Positions 28,961-38,641 of a stretch of DNA of 44,913 nt are shown here, one piece after another. Numbering within the stretch: position 1 is the stretch's first letter; every line of letters starts with the position of its first letter. Origin of the DNA: Candidatus Woesearchaeota archaeon (GTDB lineage Archaea > Nanobdellota > Nanobdellia > SCGC-AAA011-G17 > CAYHUI01); the NCBI GenBank assembly GCA_964360175.1, contig CAYHUI010000001.1:16855-61767 (forward strand), given 5' to 3'. The notes beneath the pieces are model-generated. The model searched no databases. It was given only the letters and a program-made list of their open reading frames with translations, and was not told the origin of the DNA. The position numbers were made by a program, and so were the translations under genes.

Positions 28961-29101
28961 TATTTTAACCTATATTTTTACTGTAAAAGGTTAAATTTAC
29001 TGTATTTTACTTTAGTATAGGCAATATTATATTAATAATTACCATAGCTATTTATAAATATCCCAGGACAAAATTTTTAAATTTTTCACCAAAAAATAGA
29101 A

Positions 29102-30550
29102 TTAAGGTAAAACTCTATATGGTCTCATATCAGTACCATAAGGCAAACCATCTACTGTAGAATATATTCTCAATTCAGGATCTGTTAAAGAAGTTCTTGT
29201 ATATGGTTTAAATCCATGAATCATTGGACTTGTTGAATCAGATGGAGCTACTACCCAACCACCAGCTGTTTTTCCTGTAATTTTTTCTCCTAATATTTTA
29301 GCTATACTTAAATGAGGTATTCCTAATGAATCAGCTACTTCTCTCAGATCTGGTGTAATTAAAACATCCCCTCTTGTTGGATAAGCAGGATCACCTACAT
29401 ATCTGTTTAAAACTAGTAAACCCCAGCTTCTTGGAATTGTTGAATCTATACTACAATTCCAACCAAATGTATCAGGTAATGGACTAGAAATAACCTTAAT
29501 ATAAAGATCTTTTCCTGGTTGATTCCATAATTCAATTCCTGCTTTAATTGCATTTCTAAATAAAGTATCTAAATCAATTGAATCAGGTAAAGAAATATTA
29601 ATAGTATCTGTATCCCATAATTTTAAATTTGATAAATAAGGAAAAGAAGGTGTTATTTCTTTTACTAATTTTAATTCATCTATTATATCCCCCTCTATTG
29701 TAAAAACTGTATCTGGATTTGAAAATTGATTAGGATATGCAAAAATCGGTGTATAGATTGAATCCCCTTCAGCTACAAAAAAAAGTGGGGGTGGTGATGC
29801 TAATCCATAATTTATTCTTTGTTCTAAGTTAAGGTTGGAGTTATTATTATCTTTATCCCCTTTAATAAATACTAATTTTCCATTTATATTTTTGCCATTA
29901 ACCTTAAATCTATAAAAGTAAATTCCATTACTTACTTTTCTATCATTATTATCTATACCATCCCATCTATATTTATAATTACCTTCATTTAAATTAGCAT
30001 CAACTAAGGTTCTAATTAATCTTCCAGAAAGATCAAATATATCTAAATTAACTTCACTTCTTTCTTCTAAATTTAAATTAAAAAAAGTTTTTGTACTAAA
30101 AGGATTTGGATAATTTCCAATATTAAAATTTATATTTTTTTTATTATCTTCATCTATTCCAACAACACAATCTAAAAAAAATCCTCCATCAACATCTGTA
30201 ATATCACTAGCACAAGGAGGATTAACTCTAAAGGAATCAGGCCATTGATAAAAGCTAACAACATGACCCCTAACAGGTTGCTTATCTCTTGCAGATATTA
30301 AATATGATGTATAATTTTGCTTTTCTAAATTAGGTTGTTCAGCAGAAATTGTAGGTGTTAAAGCTAAACCACTGAATAAAGCTGCTACACCTGCTGCAAG
30401 AATTCTTGTAGTTTTACTAAACCTTTGCTTTTCTTCTACAAGATATAAAGGACTTTTTCTAAATAAACCTCTTATAGGTGGTTTAATATTTACTTGATGC
30501 CCAGTAATACTTTCAGCTATATTTTCAGCAGTTATTAATTCAATTGACAT
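29102..30550 (-). CDS. Secreted protein with an internal FlgD-Ig / T9SS C-terminal-like domain
   Basis: NYPNPFS...LDIFDLSGRLIRTLVD....G.Y...WDG.D.....VSNGIYFYR. Confidence 0.72.
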   Translation of the reverse strand: MSIELITAENIAESITGHQVNIKPPIRGLFRKSPLYLVEEKQRFSKTTRILAAGVAALFSGLALTPTISAEQPNLEKQNYTSYLISARDKQPVRGHVVSFYQWPDSFRVNPPCASDITDVDGGFFLDCVVGIDEDNKKNINFNIGNYPNPFSTKTFFNLNLEERSEVNLDIFDLSGRLIRTLVDANLNEGNYKYRWDGIDNNDRKVSNGIYFYRFKVNGKNINGKLVFIKGDKDNNNSNLNLEQRINYGLASPPPLFFVAEGDSIYTPIFAYPNQFSNPDTVFTIEGDIIDELKLVKEITPSFPYLSNLKLWDTDTINISLPDSIDLDTLFRNAIKAGIELWNQPGKDLYIKVISSPLPDTFGWNCSIDSTIPRSWGLLVLNRYVGDPAYPTRGDVLITPDLREVADSLGIPHLSIAKILGEKITGKTAGGWVVAPSDSTSPMIHGFKPYTRTSLTDPELRIYSTVDGLPYGTDMRPYRVLP

Positions 30551-30634
30551 TTTATTTTTAAATATAAAGTATTATTTATAAATCTTTTTATTGTTGTTAT
30601 TTTTAAGTAATTATAAATAAAGAAAATTAAGATT

Positions 30635-31504
30635 TTATTTATTTAATCTAGATAATTGATATTCTTCGTAGTTTCTTCTTGATGTGGTAATAGCTGTATC
30701 ACAATTTGCTCTTGCTAATAAACATTCTTCTGGTGTTGAATAATCTGAATTTGGATAATTAGAATTCATACAAACATCTAGCCATAAATCTAATACAGCT
30801 TGCCAACCACTCCAATAAATTTCTACAGGTATATCAGTTGGTATAACTAATCCTTGCTCTATAAACAAAGTATCTCCAACCATAAGTGGCGCTTTATCTA
30901 AAGAAATTAAAATAATATTATTTAAAACTAAAGTATTTCTATCAGGTTCGTCTGGCTTAATTATATCTTTTATTGGCGAATTTACTAAACCAGGTCTTTG
31001 ATACATATCTAATACAGTAGCTTCTTTTACATCTATTTTATTTATAATAATATTTGGTTCTATAAAAGGATCTTCGATAATAGCTCTATCTACTACGATA
31101 TTACCAGAATCTATTACAGACCCTTTTATAAATAATGGATTATCTTTACTAGCTTGTATAATCGGACCAGTACCATCTAAATATGGATAAATTGGTGTTG
31201 GTACTACTAAAGTAACTCCATTCCCTACAAAATCATCCCATTGAGGTGTTCTAAGACCATAAAAATTAGTTTTGTCTAAATTATCATTTAATTGAGATCT
31301 TTGCCAAAAATTATATAATTGATTAAATGGATCTAAAATTATATTTAATAAAGTACCTCTAGGAACTCCTCTGTAAAAATCTACTCCTCCACCACTATCA
31401 CAAGCTAATACTTCTTTGGAATTAATAGAAAAAATAATAGTAGAAGTTAAAATTAACACTATTAATAAAATTACAATATTTTTATTTTGATACTTCCTAA
31501 TCAT
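30635..31504 (-). CDS. Hypothetical secreted protein
   Basis: N-terminal signal/TM; long ORF; no recognised domain. Confidence 0.6.
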   Translation of the reverse strand: MIRKYQNKNIVILLIVLILTSTIIFSINSKEVLACDSGGGVDFYRGVPRGTLLNIILDPFNQLYNFWQRSQLNDNLDKTNFYGLRTPQWDDFVGNGVTLVVPTPIYPYLDGTGPIIQASKDNPLFIKGSVIDSGNIVVDRAIIEDPFIEPNIIINKIDVKEATVLDMYQRPGLVNSPIKDIIKPDEPDRNTLVLNNIILISLDKAPLMVGDTLFIEQGLVIPTDIPVEIYWSGWQAVLDLWLDVCMNSNYPNSDYSTPEECLLARANCDTAITTSRRNYEEYQLSRLNK

Positions 31505-31652
31505 AGCTAAATCAATCGTTTTTATTTATAAAAGATTGGTAGGACGAAAAATTTAATAAAATGACTAAATTATAAAAATCATCCTCGATTAAGCTCTAAA
31601 AAATTAAAAAAAGATAAATTTATATAGACATTTTTACTACGTTTATGACCAT

Positions 31653-32876
31653 ATGACTAAGAGATTATTTGATAAAAAAATCTTAGAATTTATGTATAAT
31701 TTAACTAGAAGACAAAGTTTTATGAATTCTGTTGAAATTGCAAATTCTGTTTTAGTCAGTAATAAAAAGATTAGTGATAGAACAATAAGGCGCTGGTTTA
31801 ATCATCTAAAAAAAAATGTGTTTACATATTATCCTTACATAAAATATGAAAGTCTTGGCTTAATTCCAGTAATAGTGCAAATAAGTGATTTAAAAAATGA
31901 AAAATTATTAGATATAATCCCCCATAAAATCTATCTTGTAAAAGGCGTCACTTTTAAAAATTTTGAGAATTCTTATTTAACAATGTATTTATTACCAATA
32001 GCTAGATTAGAAGAGTTTAAGATATTTTGGAATACTGCATTAGAAAAAGATTTAATAAAAGATTTACATATTTTTGTCTCAAGAACACCAATAGCTTATT
32101 ATTCTCCATTCCATAAAATAGTTAATCATAAAGGACATTTAGAATTTCCACATGAATCAGAGTTAGATAATTCTTATTTTAACTCAATTTTACATAAAAA
32201 TATTTCTAGTAAGCATAAAGTTAAATTACATCCAAAAATCGCAGATAACCCTTTTATAATACCGGTAATATTTGAATATTTCAGAGAGCATAAATCTTCT
32301 AAAAAAGTCTGGGCTAAATTAAAAGAAGTTTTTGGAGATTCTATATGGGATAATATTAGTTCACCAAGAGTTAAAAGGATTAAAAGTGAGAATTTAGGTG
32401 TTGCTCACATACAAAAAATAATGAGAGATTTACATGAAAATTTTGATGACTTTTTCCAGCAGATAAGAATACAATACGATCCTTTTGCTTTTAACGAGAA
32501 CGTTGCTTTTTATTTATTTTTAAAACTAAAAAATAAAAAACAAATAATAGAATTTTCTGAAAAAATTTCAAAAAATGTTTTATCAGTTGTTGTTTTTCCA
32601 TCAATCAATGAAAATGAAGATCTAACTTTATTTTATATTTTAACAAGCAATTCAAAAATGGTTCATATTTTAAGTAATATCCTCCCTGAATATAGAGCAA
32701 AACATATTGAAAATAAAATTTTTTTAATAGATTATCCAAAATCAGCAAAATATTGGAGAGAAGAAACAAACTTTCAAGAGACATACAAACAGAATTTTTA
32801 TCGCTTATTTAATCCAAAAACTTTAACATGGAATTATGATCATAAAGAATATTTGCAAAATTTAAATAGGTTATAA
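31653..32876 (+). CDS. Putative transcriptional regulator (N-terminal wHTH, Lrp/AsnC-like architecture)
   Basis: EIA...ISDRTIRRW...L....YPYIKYESLGL pattern; divergent from the surface-protein genes. Confidence 0.55.
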   Translation: MTKRLFDKKILEFMYNLTRRQSFMNSVEIANSVLVSNKKISDRTIRRWFNHLKKNVFTYYPYIKYESLGLIPVIVQISDLKNEKLLDIIPHKIYLVKGVTFKNFENSYLTMYLLPIARLEEFKIFWNTALEKDLIKDLHIFVSRTPIAYYSPFHKIVNHKGHLEFPHESELDNSYFNSILHKNISSKHKVKLHPKIADNPFIIPVIFEYFREHKSSKKVWAKLKEVFGDSIWDNISSPRVKRIKSENLGVAHIQKIMRDLHENFDDFFQQIRIQYDPFAFNENVAFYLFLKLKNKKQIIEFSEKISKNVLSVVVFPSINENEDLTLFYILTSNSKMVHILSNILPEYRAKHIENKIFLIDYPKSAKYWREETNFQETYKQNFYRLFNPKTLTWNYDHKEYLQNLNRL

Positions 32877-32877
32877 T

Positions 32878-33246
32878 TTATTTATCTTTAATATTTTTAA
32901 CTTCTCCTTTCTCTTCAATTTTTTCTTCTTTAACTTGGTCTTCTAATTTTTCTTTAGAAATTTCTTTTTTAACATCTTTTGGTTTTTCAAATTCTACATT
33001 AACTAATTCTACTTTAGCAATTTCATTTTCTTTAATAGCCTTAACTTGAATTTTATGTGGAGGATTTTTTCTACCACGTTCGTGAAGTTTTTTATTTAAA
33101 TATTTTCCAATTTTAACTTCATTTACTTTCATATGTTTTTTTATAAAATTCCTTACCTCAACAACACTTCTTTTAGTTCTTCTATAGTTTGCGACTTTAG
33201 AAATTTCTTTTCTTAATGGTATTGTATAAATTAATTCATCTGCCAT
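32878..33246 (-). CDS. rpl31e: 50S ribosomal protein L31e
   Basis: YTIPLR, RRTKR, FIKKHMK, LN..L..RG..NPP.KI.V; ATG at 33246 preferred over the track's TTG 33252. Confidence 0.94.
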   Translation of the reverse strand: MADELIYTIPLRKEISKVANYRRTKRSVVEVRNFIKKHMKVNEVKIGKYLNKKLHERGRKNPPHKIQVKAIKENEIAKVELVNVEFEKPKDVKKEISKEKLEDQVKEEKIEEKGEVKNIKDK

Positions 33247-33248
33247 TT

Positions 33249-33422
33249 TCAAACTTTAGTTTTAACTCTCCTCCAATGTCTTTTAATAGATGTATGTCTG
33301 CTAGGATGAACCCTTCTTCCTAATCTGTAAATTTTAGGAATAATCCAAAAGGGAGCCCATCTAGTCTGTCTCCCTTTTTTTGCCAATCTTGCCTTTTTTG
33401 CAGTACTTTTATAATGCGCCAT
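33249..33422 (-). CDS. rpl39e: 50S ribosomal protein L39e (57 aa, not in ORF track)
   Basis: Hand translation: MAHYKSTAKKARLAKKGRQTRWAPFWIIPKIYRLGRRVHPSRHTSIKRHWRRVKTKV; directly upstream of L31e. Confidence 0.92.
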   Translation of the reverse strand: MAHYKSTAKKARLAKKGRQTRWAPFWIIPKIYRLGRRVHPSRHTSIKRHWRRVKTKV

Positions 33423-33453
33423 TTTTTGTCTTATTTAAACTTTTTAAAAAATT

Positions 33454-33786
33454 TTATATTCTTCTTATTTTAAACTCTTTTTTAGTTTGTAATTTTTGTA
33501 GTAATAATTTAAATTCTGCATCTGTGATTTTTTCTGTTATATTATTAGATTGAATTGCTTGTGCTATTAATGTAATAACTTGAATTGCTTTTTCAGGATG
33601 GGCGGCTTTTAAATTTCCGTATCTTGAAATTGATTCTTTAGCTAGATATTTTTTAACTACTGATTCTAAATATTCGATTTGTTGTTGTAGTTCAAGTTGT
33701 TCTTTTAAAGATTCATTTTGTTGTTGTATCAATTGTTGTTCTAATTCTTGTAATTTTTTCTTTTTTAATCCTTCTAGATCATTCAT
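33454..33786 (-). CDS. PDCD5-related DNA-binding protein
   Basis: L..E..SRYGNLKAAHPEKA, KITD.EFK.LL, KEFKIRR; conserved S19e-PDCD5-L39e-L31e cluster. Confidence 0.88.
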   Translation of the reverse strand: MNDLEGLKKKKLQELEQQLIQQQNESLKEQLELQQQIEYLESVVKKYLAKESISRYGNLKAAHPEKAIQVITLIAQAIQSNNITEKITDAEFKLLLQKLQTKKEFKIRRI

Positions 33787-34196
33787 TTTCCTAATTTATC
33801 TAAAAACGATTTTCCTTTTGTAGTTAATATCCTTCCTTTTCTCCCTTTTTTATCTAATTGTTTTACAAAACCAGCCTTTTCTAATTGTTGAAATATAGTT
33901 CTTATTATTTTTCCTGAACCTTTATAAGTTCGTTCTGGTTTATGGCCTAGATTTTTTTTACCACCATATTTTTTTCTTAATTTTGAAACCCCAATTGGAC
34001 TATTATAGATATAGAGTTTTCTTAATACAGAAGCACTTCTAGCATACCACCAATCTCTATCTACTGGGGGTCTTTCTTTACTAGTACCTGTTTTAACAAA
34101 TCTGCTCCATTCAGGTGCTTTCATTACATCTATTTTTTTAAGTTCTTCAGATGCTTTTTTTATTAGTTCATTTACTTGTATATCATATATACCCAT
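33783..34196 (-). CDS. rps19e: 30S ribosomal protein S19e
   Basis: PEWSRFVKTG..KERPP...DWWY.RSASVLRKLY, KYGG, GSGKIIR..QQLE.AG. Confidence 0.97.
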   Translation of the reverse strand: MGIYDIQVNELIKKASEELKKIDVMKAPEWSRFVKTGTSKERPPVDRDWWYARSASVLRKLYIYNSPIGVSKLRKKYGGKKNLGHKPERTYKGSGKIIRTIFQQLEKAGFVKQLDKKGRKGRILTTKGKSFLDKLGK

Positions 34197-34234
34197 TGTA
34201 GAAATTTAGGGATTATATGTTTTTAAAAATGTTT

Positions 34235-35596
34235 CTATTTAATAAATTTAACTTCAACACCTTTTTCTGTATCCTCTAAAATAACTTCCTTTTCTCTTAA
34301 TTGAGCCCTTATCTTATCAGCTAATTTGTAATTTTTTTCTTTCCTTGCTTTTTCTCTTTTTTCTATTAACAATTTAATTTCTTTGGAAATCTTTTCTTCT
34401 TTTAATTTTAATATCCCTAAAACTTTATCTAATTCTAACATTAATTTATAACATTTTTTTCCTGCACCTAATTTATTTGCATCTCTGATAAAATTAAATA
34501 TAACAGCTAATGTTTTTGGTGTATCAAAATCATTGTCCATTGCTTCAATAAAATCTTTATTTGTTTTTTGTATTAATTTATTACTAACTTTATCTTTTTT
34601 ATTTTTAATATTATTCATAAAATCATTTATTCTTTGTAATGCATTTTTACTTTGTACTAAATTCCTTTCAGAAAAATCAATTGGACTTCTATAATGTGTT
34701 GAGATAAAGAAAAATCTTAAAGTTTCTGCATCATATCTTTTTAAAGCATCTCTAATAGTAACAAAATTTCCTAAAGATTTTGACATTTTTTTACCTTTAA
34801 CATTTAAAAAACCAGTATGCATCCAATATCTTACCAAAGGTTTTTTTCCAGAAATTGATTCCATTTGTGCTATTTCTGCTTCATGATGTGGGAAAATTAA
34901 ATCTTGAGCACCACCATGTATATCATATTGAGGTCCTAAATATTTTTCTGTTATTGCTGTATCTTCAATATGCCAACCCGGTCTTCCATTTTTTATTTCT
35001 TTAACATTAGTTTTCCATGTTGGTTCATTTGGTTTAGAAAATTTCCATAAACAAAAATCACCTTTATTTTTTTTGGTTTTAGATTCGTCAATTCTTGTAA
35101 CAGCATCTTCTGCTTGTAATATATTTCTCCTAGATAATTTACCATAATTTTTAAATTTTTTTAAGTTAAAATAAATTCCATCTGAAATTTCATAAGCATA
35201 ACCTTTTTCTATTAATCTTTTAACTTGACTTATAATTTCTTTAATATGATCAGTTGCTCTTGCATATTTATTTACTGAATTTATTTTTAGAGATTTCATA
35301 TCTTCTAAATAAATTTTCTCAAATTTTCTAGAAATTTCTTTAACACTTGTATTTAATTCTTGAGCCCTGTTAATAATTTTATCGTCTAAATCTGTTACAT
35401 TTTGTAAGTAAAATAAATTATATTTTTTATATCTTAAATATCTAACAATAACATCAAAATTAACATAAGTTTTAGCATGTCCTATATGGGGATAATCATA
35501 ACTTGTAAAGCCGCAAACAAATAAATTTACTTTATTCTTCTTAATAGATTTAAAGATTTCTTTTTTTCTTGTTAATGTGTTATATATTTTTAACAT
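34235..35596 (-). CDS. cysS: Cysteine--tRNA ligase
   Basis: YNTLTR, HIGH, DF.LWK, GRPGWHIE, DL.FPHHE.E, KMSKSLGN. Confidence 0.96.
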   Translation of the reverse strand: MLKIYNTLTRKKEIFKSIKKNKVNLFVCGFTSYDYPHIGHAKTYVNFDVIVRYLRYKKYNLFYLQNVTDLDDKIINRAQELNTSVKEISRKFEKIYLEDMKSLKINSVNKYARATDHIKEIISQVKRLIEKGYAYEISDGIYFNLKKFKNYGKLSRRNILQAEDAVTRIDESKTKKNKGDFCLWKFSKPNEPTWKTNVKEIKNGRPGWHIEDTAITEKYLGPQYDIHGGAQDLIFPHHEAEIAQMESISGKKPLVRYWMHTGFLNVKGKKMSKSLGNFVTIRDALKRYDAETLRFFFISTHYRSPIDFSERNLVQSKNALQRINDFMNNIKNKKDKVSNKLIQKTNKDFIEAMDNDFDTPKTLAVIFNFIRDANKLGAGKKCYKLMLELDKVLGILKLKEEKISKEIKLLIEKREKARKEKNYKLADKIRAQLREKEVILEDTEKGVEVKFIK

Positions 35597-35597
35597 T

Positions 35598-35822
35598 TTA
35601 TTCTTTTATTTCTAGCGCGTTTTTATAAGTTTCTGAAAATAATTTTTTCATTAATTCTACAAAAGCTTTATCCCTAATAAAAATACTTGTATTTGCATTT
35701 ATTAAAGTTATTAAAATATTATTATCATCCCTCATAGATATAGCTATTCCTTCATTTTCTATTGATTTAATTTTTTTAGTTTCTTCATCGTACCTAGTTA
35801 ATATCTTAATATCAGATTTTCT
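35598..35822 (-). pseudogene. 5'-truncated remnant resembling the C-terminal domain of a TrmB-like regulator
   Basis: 75-codon open frame with no start at its 5' end: RKSDIKILTR...IAISMRDD...SIFIRDKAFVELMKKLFSETYKNA. Confidence 0.45.
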
Positions 35823-35824
35823 TT

Positions 35825-36982
35825 TTATCTCTTTTTAAATATATTCACCAACAAAATTAAAGCTAATATTAAAACAGATATTGCTATTATAATAAATGTA
35901 GTTTGTAATGAAATTGTATCACTTAAATAACCTGCAACAGGAGCAAAAATGATAAATGATAAATTAGTTAAAGCACTTTTAACAGATAAAACAGTAGCTC
36001 TATTATAAGATTTTATATGTTTATTAAAATAATCACTTAAAATAGGTCTATTTAATCCATCAGAAAAACTCAAAAAATAATAAAAAATAAATGCAAAATT
36101 AAAAGAGAAAATTCCCATTAAACCATAGCTTAAAATAATCAAGATAGGGAATAAATACATTAAGGTTTTTTCTCCTAATCTTCCTTCAATTTTATAAGCA
36201 TATTTAGATATAATAGCAATTAATATTGATGATATGCCTAAAACAACCCCAAACATTTCTACTGGTAATCCAATTAATCTAAAATAGGGTTGATTTAAAA
36301 AATAACTTAATACAACAGCTGTAGTTATTACAACTGAAAATAAAACTAAACTCCTTAAATAATCATGAGTAAATAAAAATTTTATACTTTCTTTTATATG
36401 AATAAAATGAGATTTTTTTGGTAAAGTTCTCTTAGGTTCTTCAAAAGTTGAAGCTATAATCAAAGCAATAAAAATCATTATTGCAGTCATAATGTAAGGA
36501 AGTCTAACATCAATTTTAAATAAAAATCCACCAAGTAAAAAACTTATTGCAATCATTAAATTAGTTAAGAAAAATTTAACACCTTGTATTTTCTTAAAAT
36601 CTTTTACATTTTTACTTTGGATTAAGCTATCATAAATTAAAGATTCTGAAGTACCTGATTCAAATGACCAACCAATAGCCATTAAAATATAAGCTATTAT
36701 AAATAATAAATAAGAATTTCCAAATGCAAATACTAAAAACGTTAAAAATAAAATTAATGAAGATATGATTAAAGTTTTTTTCCTTCCTATATAATCCGAT
36801 ACAGCTCCAGTTGGAATTTCAAAAAATAAAGTTGTTATTCCCTATGCAGATAGAAAAAACATAATTTGAGTTAAAGATAAATTAAACCTTTGAAAAAATA
36901 ATACATATACTGGACCATAAAATTTTGCTTCAAATAATGCTGAATGTAAATAATATTTTATAGTATTAGCTTTAATATTCAT
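35825..36982 (-). pseudogene. MFS transporter with a single in-frame TAG at codon 47
   Basis: ATG 36982 is in frame with the track ORF at 36682. MNIKANT...QIMFFLSA*GITTLFFEIPTGAVSDYIGRKK; TAG at 36842-36844; 386 codons in total, a full-length MFS. Confidence 0.85.
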
Positions 36983-37013
36983 AATTAAATAAAAATTTAA
37001 TTAATATTTAAGT

Positions 37014-37562
37014 TTATCCAAATAAACCTTTCTTCTGCACAACATTAATTACCAAACTTTCAGTTTTATCAGAATCACTACTTCCGCTTACCGTAATAGT
37101 GCAAACTTTAGTTCCTAAACCACCAGTTCCAAGTTCGTCTACTATCAGTTGTATTGCAACTTGTTCTCCTGAAGCTATAGTATAAGATTTAGATGTCGTA
37201 CTTAATTGAGGAGAATCTCCAAATACACAATCTATGCCTTGTGGACTAGATACTGTAGCAATTGATGTAATATCCTCAGCCTCAAAATTAGCTATTATAA
37301 CATCGACAACACTAGCAGATCCTTTAGCAACGTCAATTCTTCTTGGAGATATTGTAATTAAGCTATCAACACCAGAAATTTTTCCAATCTCCCCTTCAGC
37401 AGTTTCAAAAGATCTTTTTGTTAGTTGTTCTACTTGACTGAATATCCCTCTTACAAAAATTAAACCTAAGCTAAGTAAAGTTACTCCTAAAACAATAACT
37501 ATTATGGTAGTTATAGAAAGTTCAATTGCACCTTTTTTATCTCTTCTAAAAATTTTAAACAC
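37014..37562 (-). CDS. Type IV pilin-like protein (class III signal peptide)
   Basis: RRDKKG|AIELSITTIIVIVLGV prepilin-type cleavage site followed by a hydrophobic helix and beta-rich domain; GTG start. Confidence 0.75.
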   Translation of the reverse strand: MFKIFRRDKKGAIELSITTIIVIVLGVTLLSLGLIFVRGIFSQVEQLTKRSFETAEGEIGKISGVDSLITISPRRIDVAKGSASVVDVIIANFEAEDITSIATVSSPQGIDCVFGDSPQLSTTSKSYTIASGEQVAIQLIVDELGTGGLGTKVCTITVSGSSDSDKTESLVINVVQKKGLFG

Positions 37563-37618
37563 CTCTCTTTTAAATTTTATTAAGTTTACTTATTTATTAA
37601 TTTTTCTATAAATTTAAA

Positions 37619-37692
37619 TGGGAACGGTGGGATTTGAACCCACAACACCATGATCTTCAGTCATGTGCTCTCCCAGGTTGAGCTACGTTCCC
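37619..37692 (-). tRNA. tRNA-Phe (GAA), no intron, CCA not encoded
   Basis: GGGAACG acceptor stem pairs with CGTTCCC-A; anticodon arm CATGA-CTGAAGA-TCATG; T arm GTGGG-TTCAAAT-CCCAC; TATA-like element about 28 nt upstream. Confidence 0.97.
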
Positions 37693-37778
37693 AAACTACT
37701 TTAAAAATTTAGACCAAGCTATTTAAATATTTCGACAAATATGGAAATGTTTATTAATTAAATATTTTTTAAAATAAT

Positions 37779-38582
37779 ATGGGGTTTTTTGATAGGTTGG
37801 CAAATGCATGGTATATCTTTACTAAAAGTTTATCTTTTATTGGGAGAGATAAATCACTTCTTGTAATCCCATTTTTATTAATTTTTAGCGTAATTATATT
37901 TTGTATTTTATTTTTCTTTTTATTTCCTATTTCTTTTTTATTAGCAAGTAAAACTGGAGTAGCTATAAATGTCTCAATATCTATTATTGCAAATTTTTTA
38001 ATTTTTATTTTATTTATTTATGTATGGACAACATTTCTTGGAGCAGCACAATCTTGGATGGTTCACGAAGTTGCACAAGGTAAAAACACAAAAGTATTGT
38101 CTGGATTAAAACGTGCAATAAAAAATATTTTAGATATTTTATTATTTTCTTTAGTCGAACTTTTAATAACTATATTAATAAGTTCTTTAAGAAGAAAAGG
38201 AGGATTATTAAGAGCAGCAGGTGGTTTTATTGGATTAATTACAGGTATTGCAGGTAAACTTGTACTCCCAGCGATGATCGTAACTGAAAGAAATTTTATT
38301 GAATCAGTTAAGCAACTTGGTAAAGCAATAAAAATTATTCCTGAAATTGCCACTTTCGAAATAGGTATTAGACCATTAACAAGTTTAATTACATGGATTA
38401 GTTTAGGAATCGCATTTTTATTTGGTTTTGCATTTGGATTTCCTACTGGTATTATTATTTTTATTATTTTAATTTCAATAGTTATTATGTTTTCTATTTT
38501 AATAAATCAAATTTATTACACTTTACTTTATCTTACTATGATTGAGAAAAAGAAAGTTCCTGGTTTAAAACTAAGTAGATAA
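37779..38582 (+). CDS. Multi-pass membrane protein (DUF6159-like)
   Basis: MG.FDR....W...KS......DKSLL..P, several TM helices, LVLPAMIV.E. Confidence 0.6.
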   Translation: MGFFDRLANAWYIFTKSLSFIGRDKSLLVIPFLLIFSVIIFCILFFFLFPISFLLASKTGVAINVSISIIANFLIFILFIYVWTTFLGAAQSWMVHEVAQGKNTKVLSGLKRAIKNILDILLFSLVELLITILISSLRRKGGLLRAAGGFIGLITGIAGKLVLPAMIVTERNFIESVKQLGKAIKIIPEIATFEIGIRPLTSLITWISLGIAFLFGFAFGFPTGIIIFIILISIVIMFSILINQIYYTLLYLTMIEKKKVPGLKLSR

Positions 38583-38641
38583 ATTGTATTTATTTTTAGT
38601 ATGTAGAAAGTTATTTAAAATACTTCTAGAATAAGATTAAC

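Noticed and set aside
37619-37692. tRNA-Phe as an integration site or intron-containing/split tRNA
   Set aside because: The cloverleaf is contiguous, with no duplicated 3' fragment or integrase nearby.
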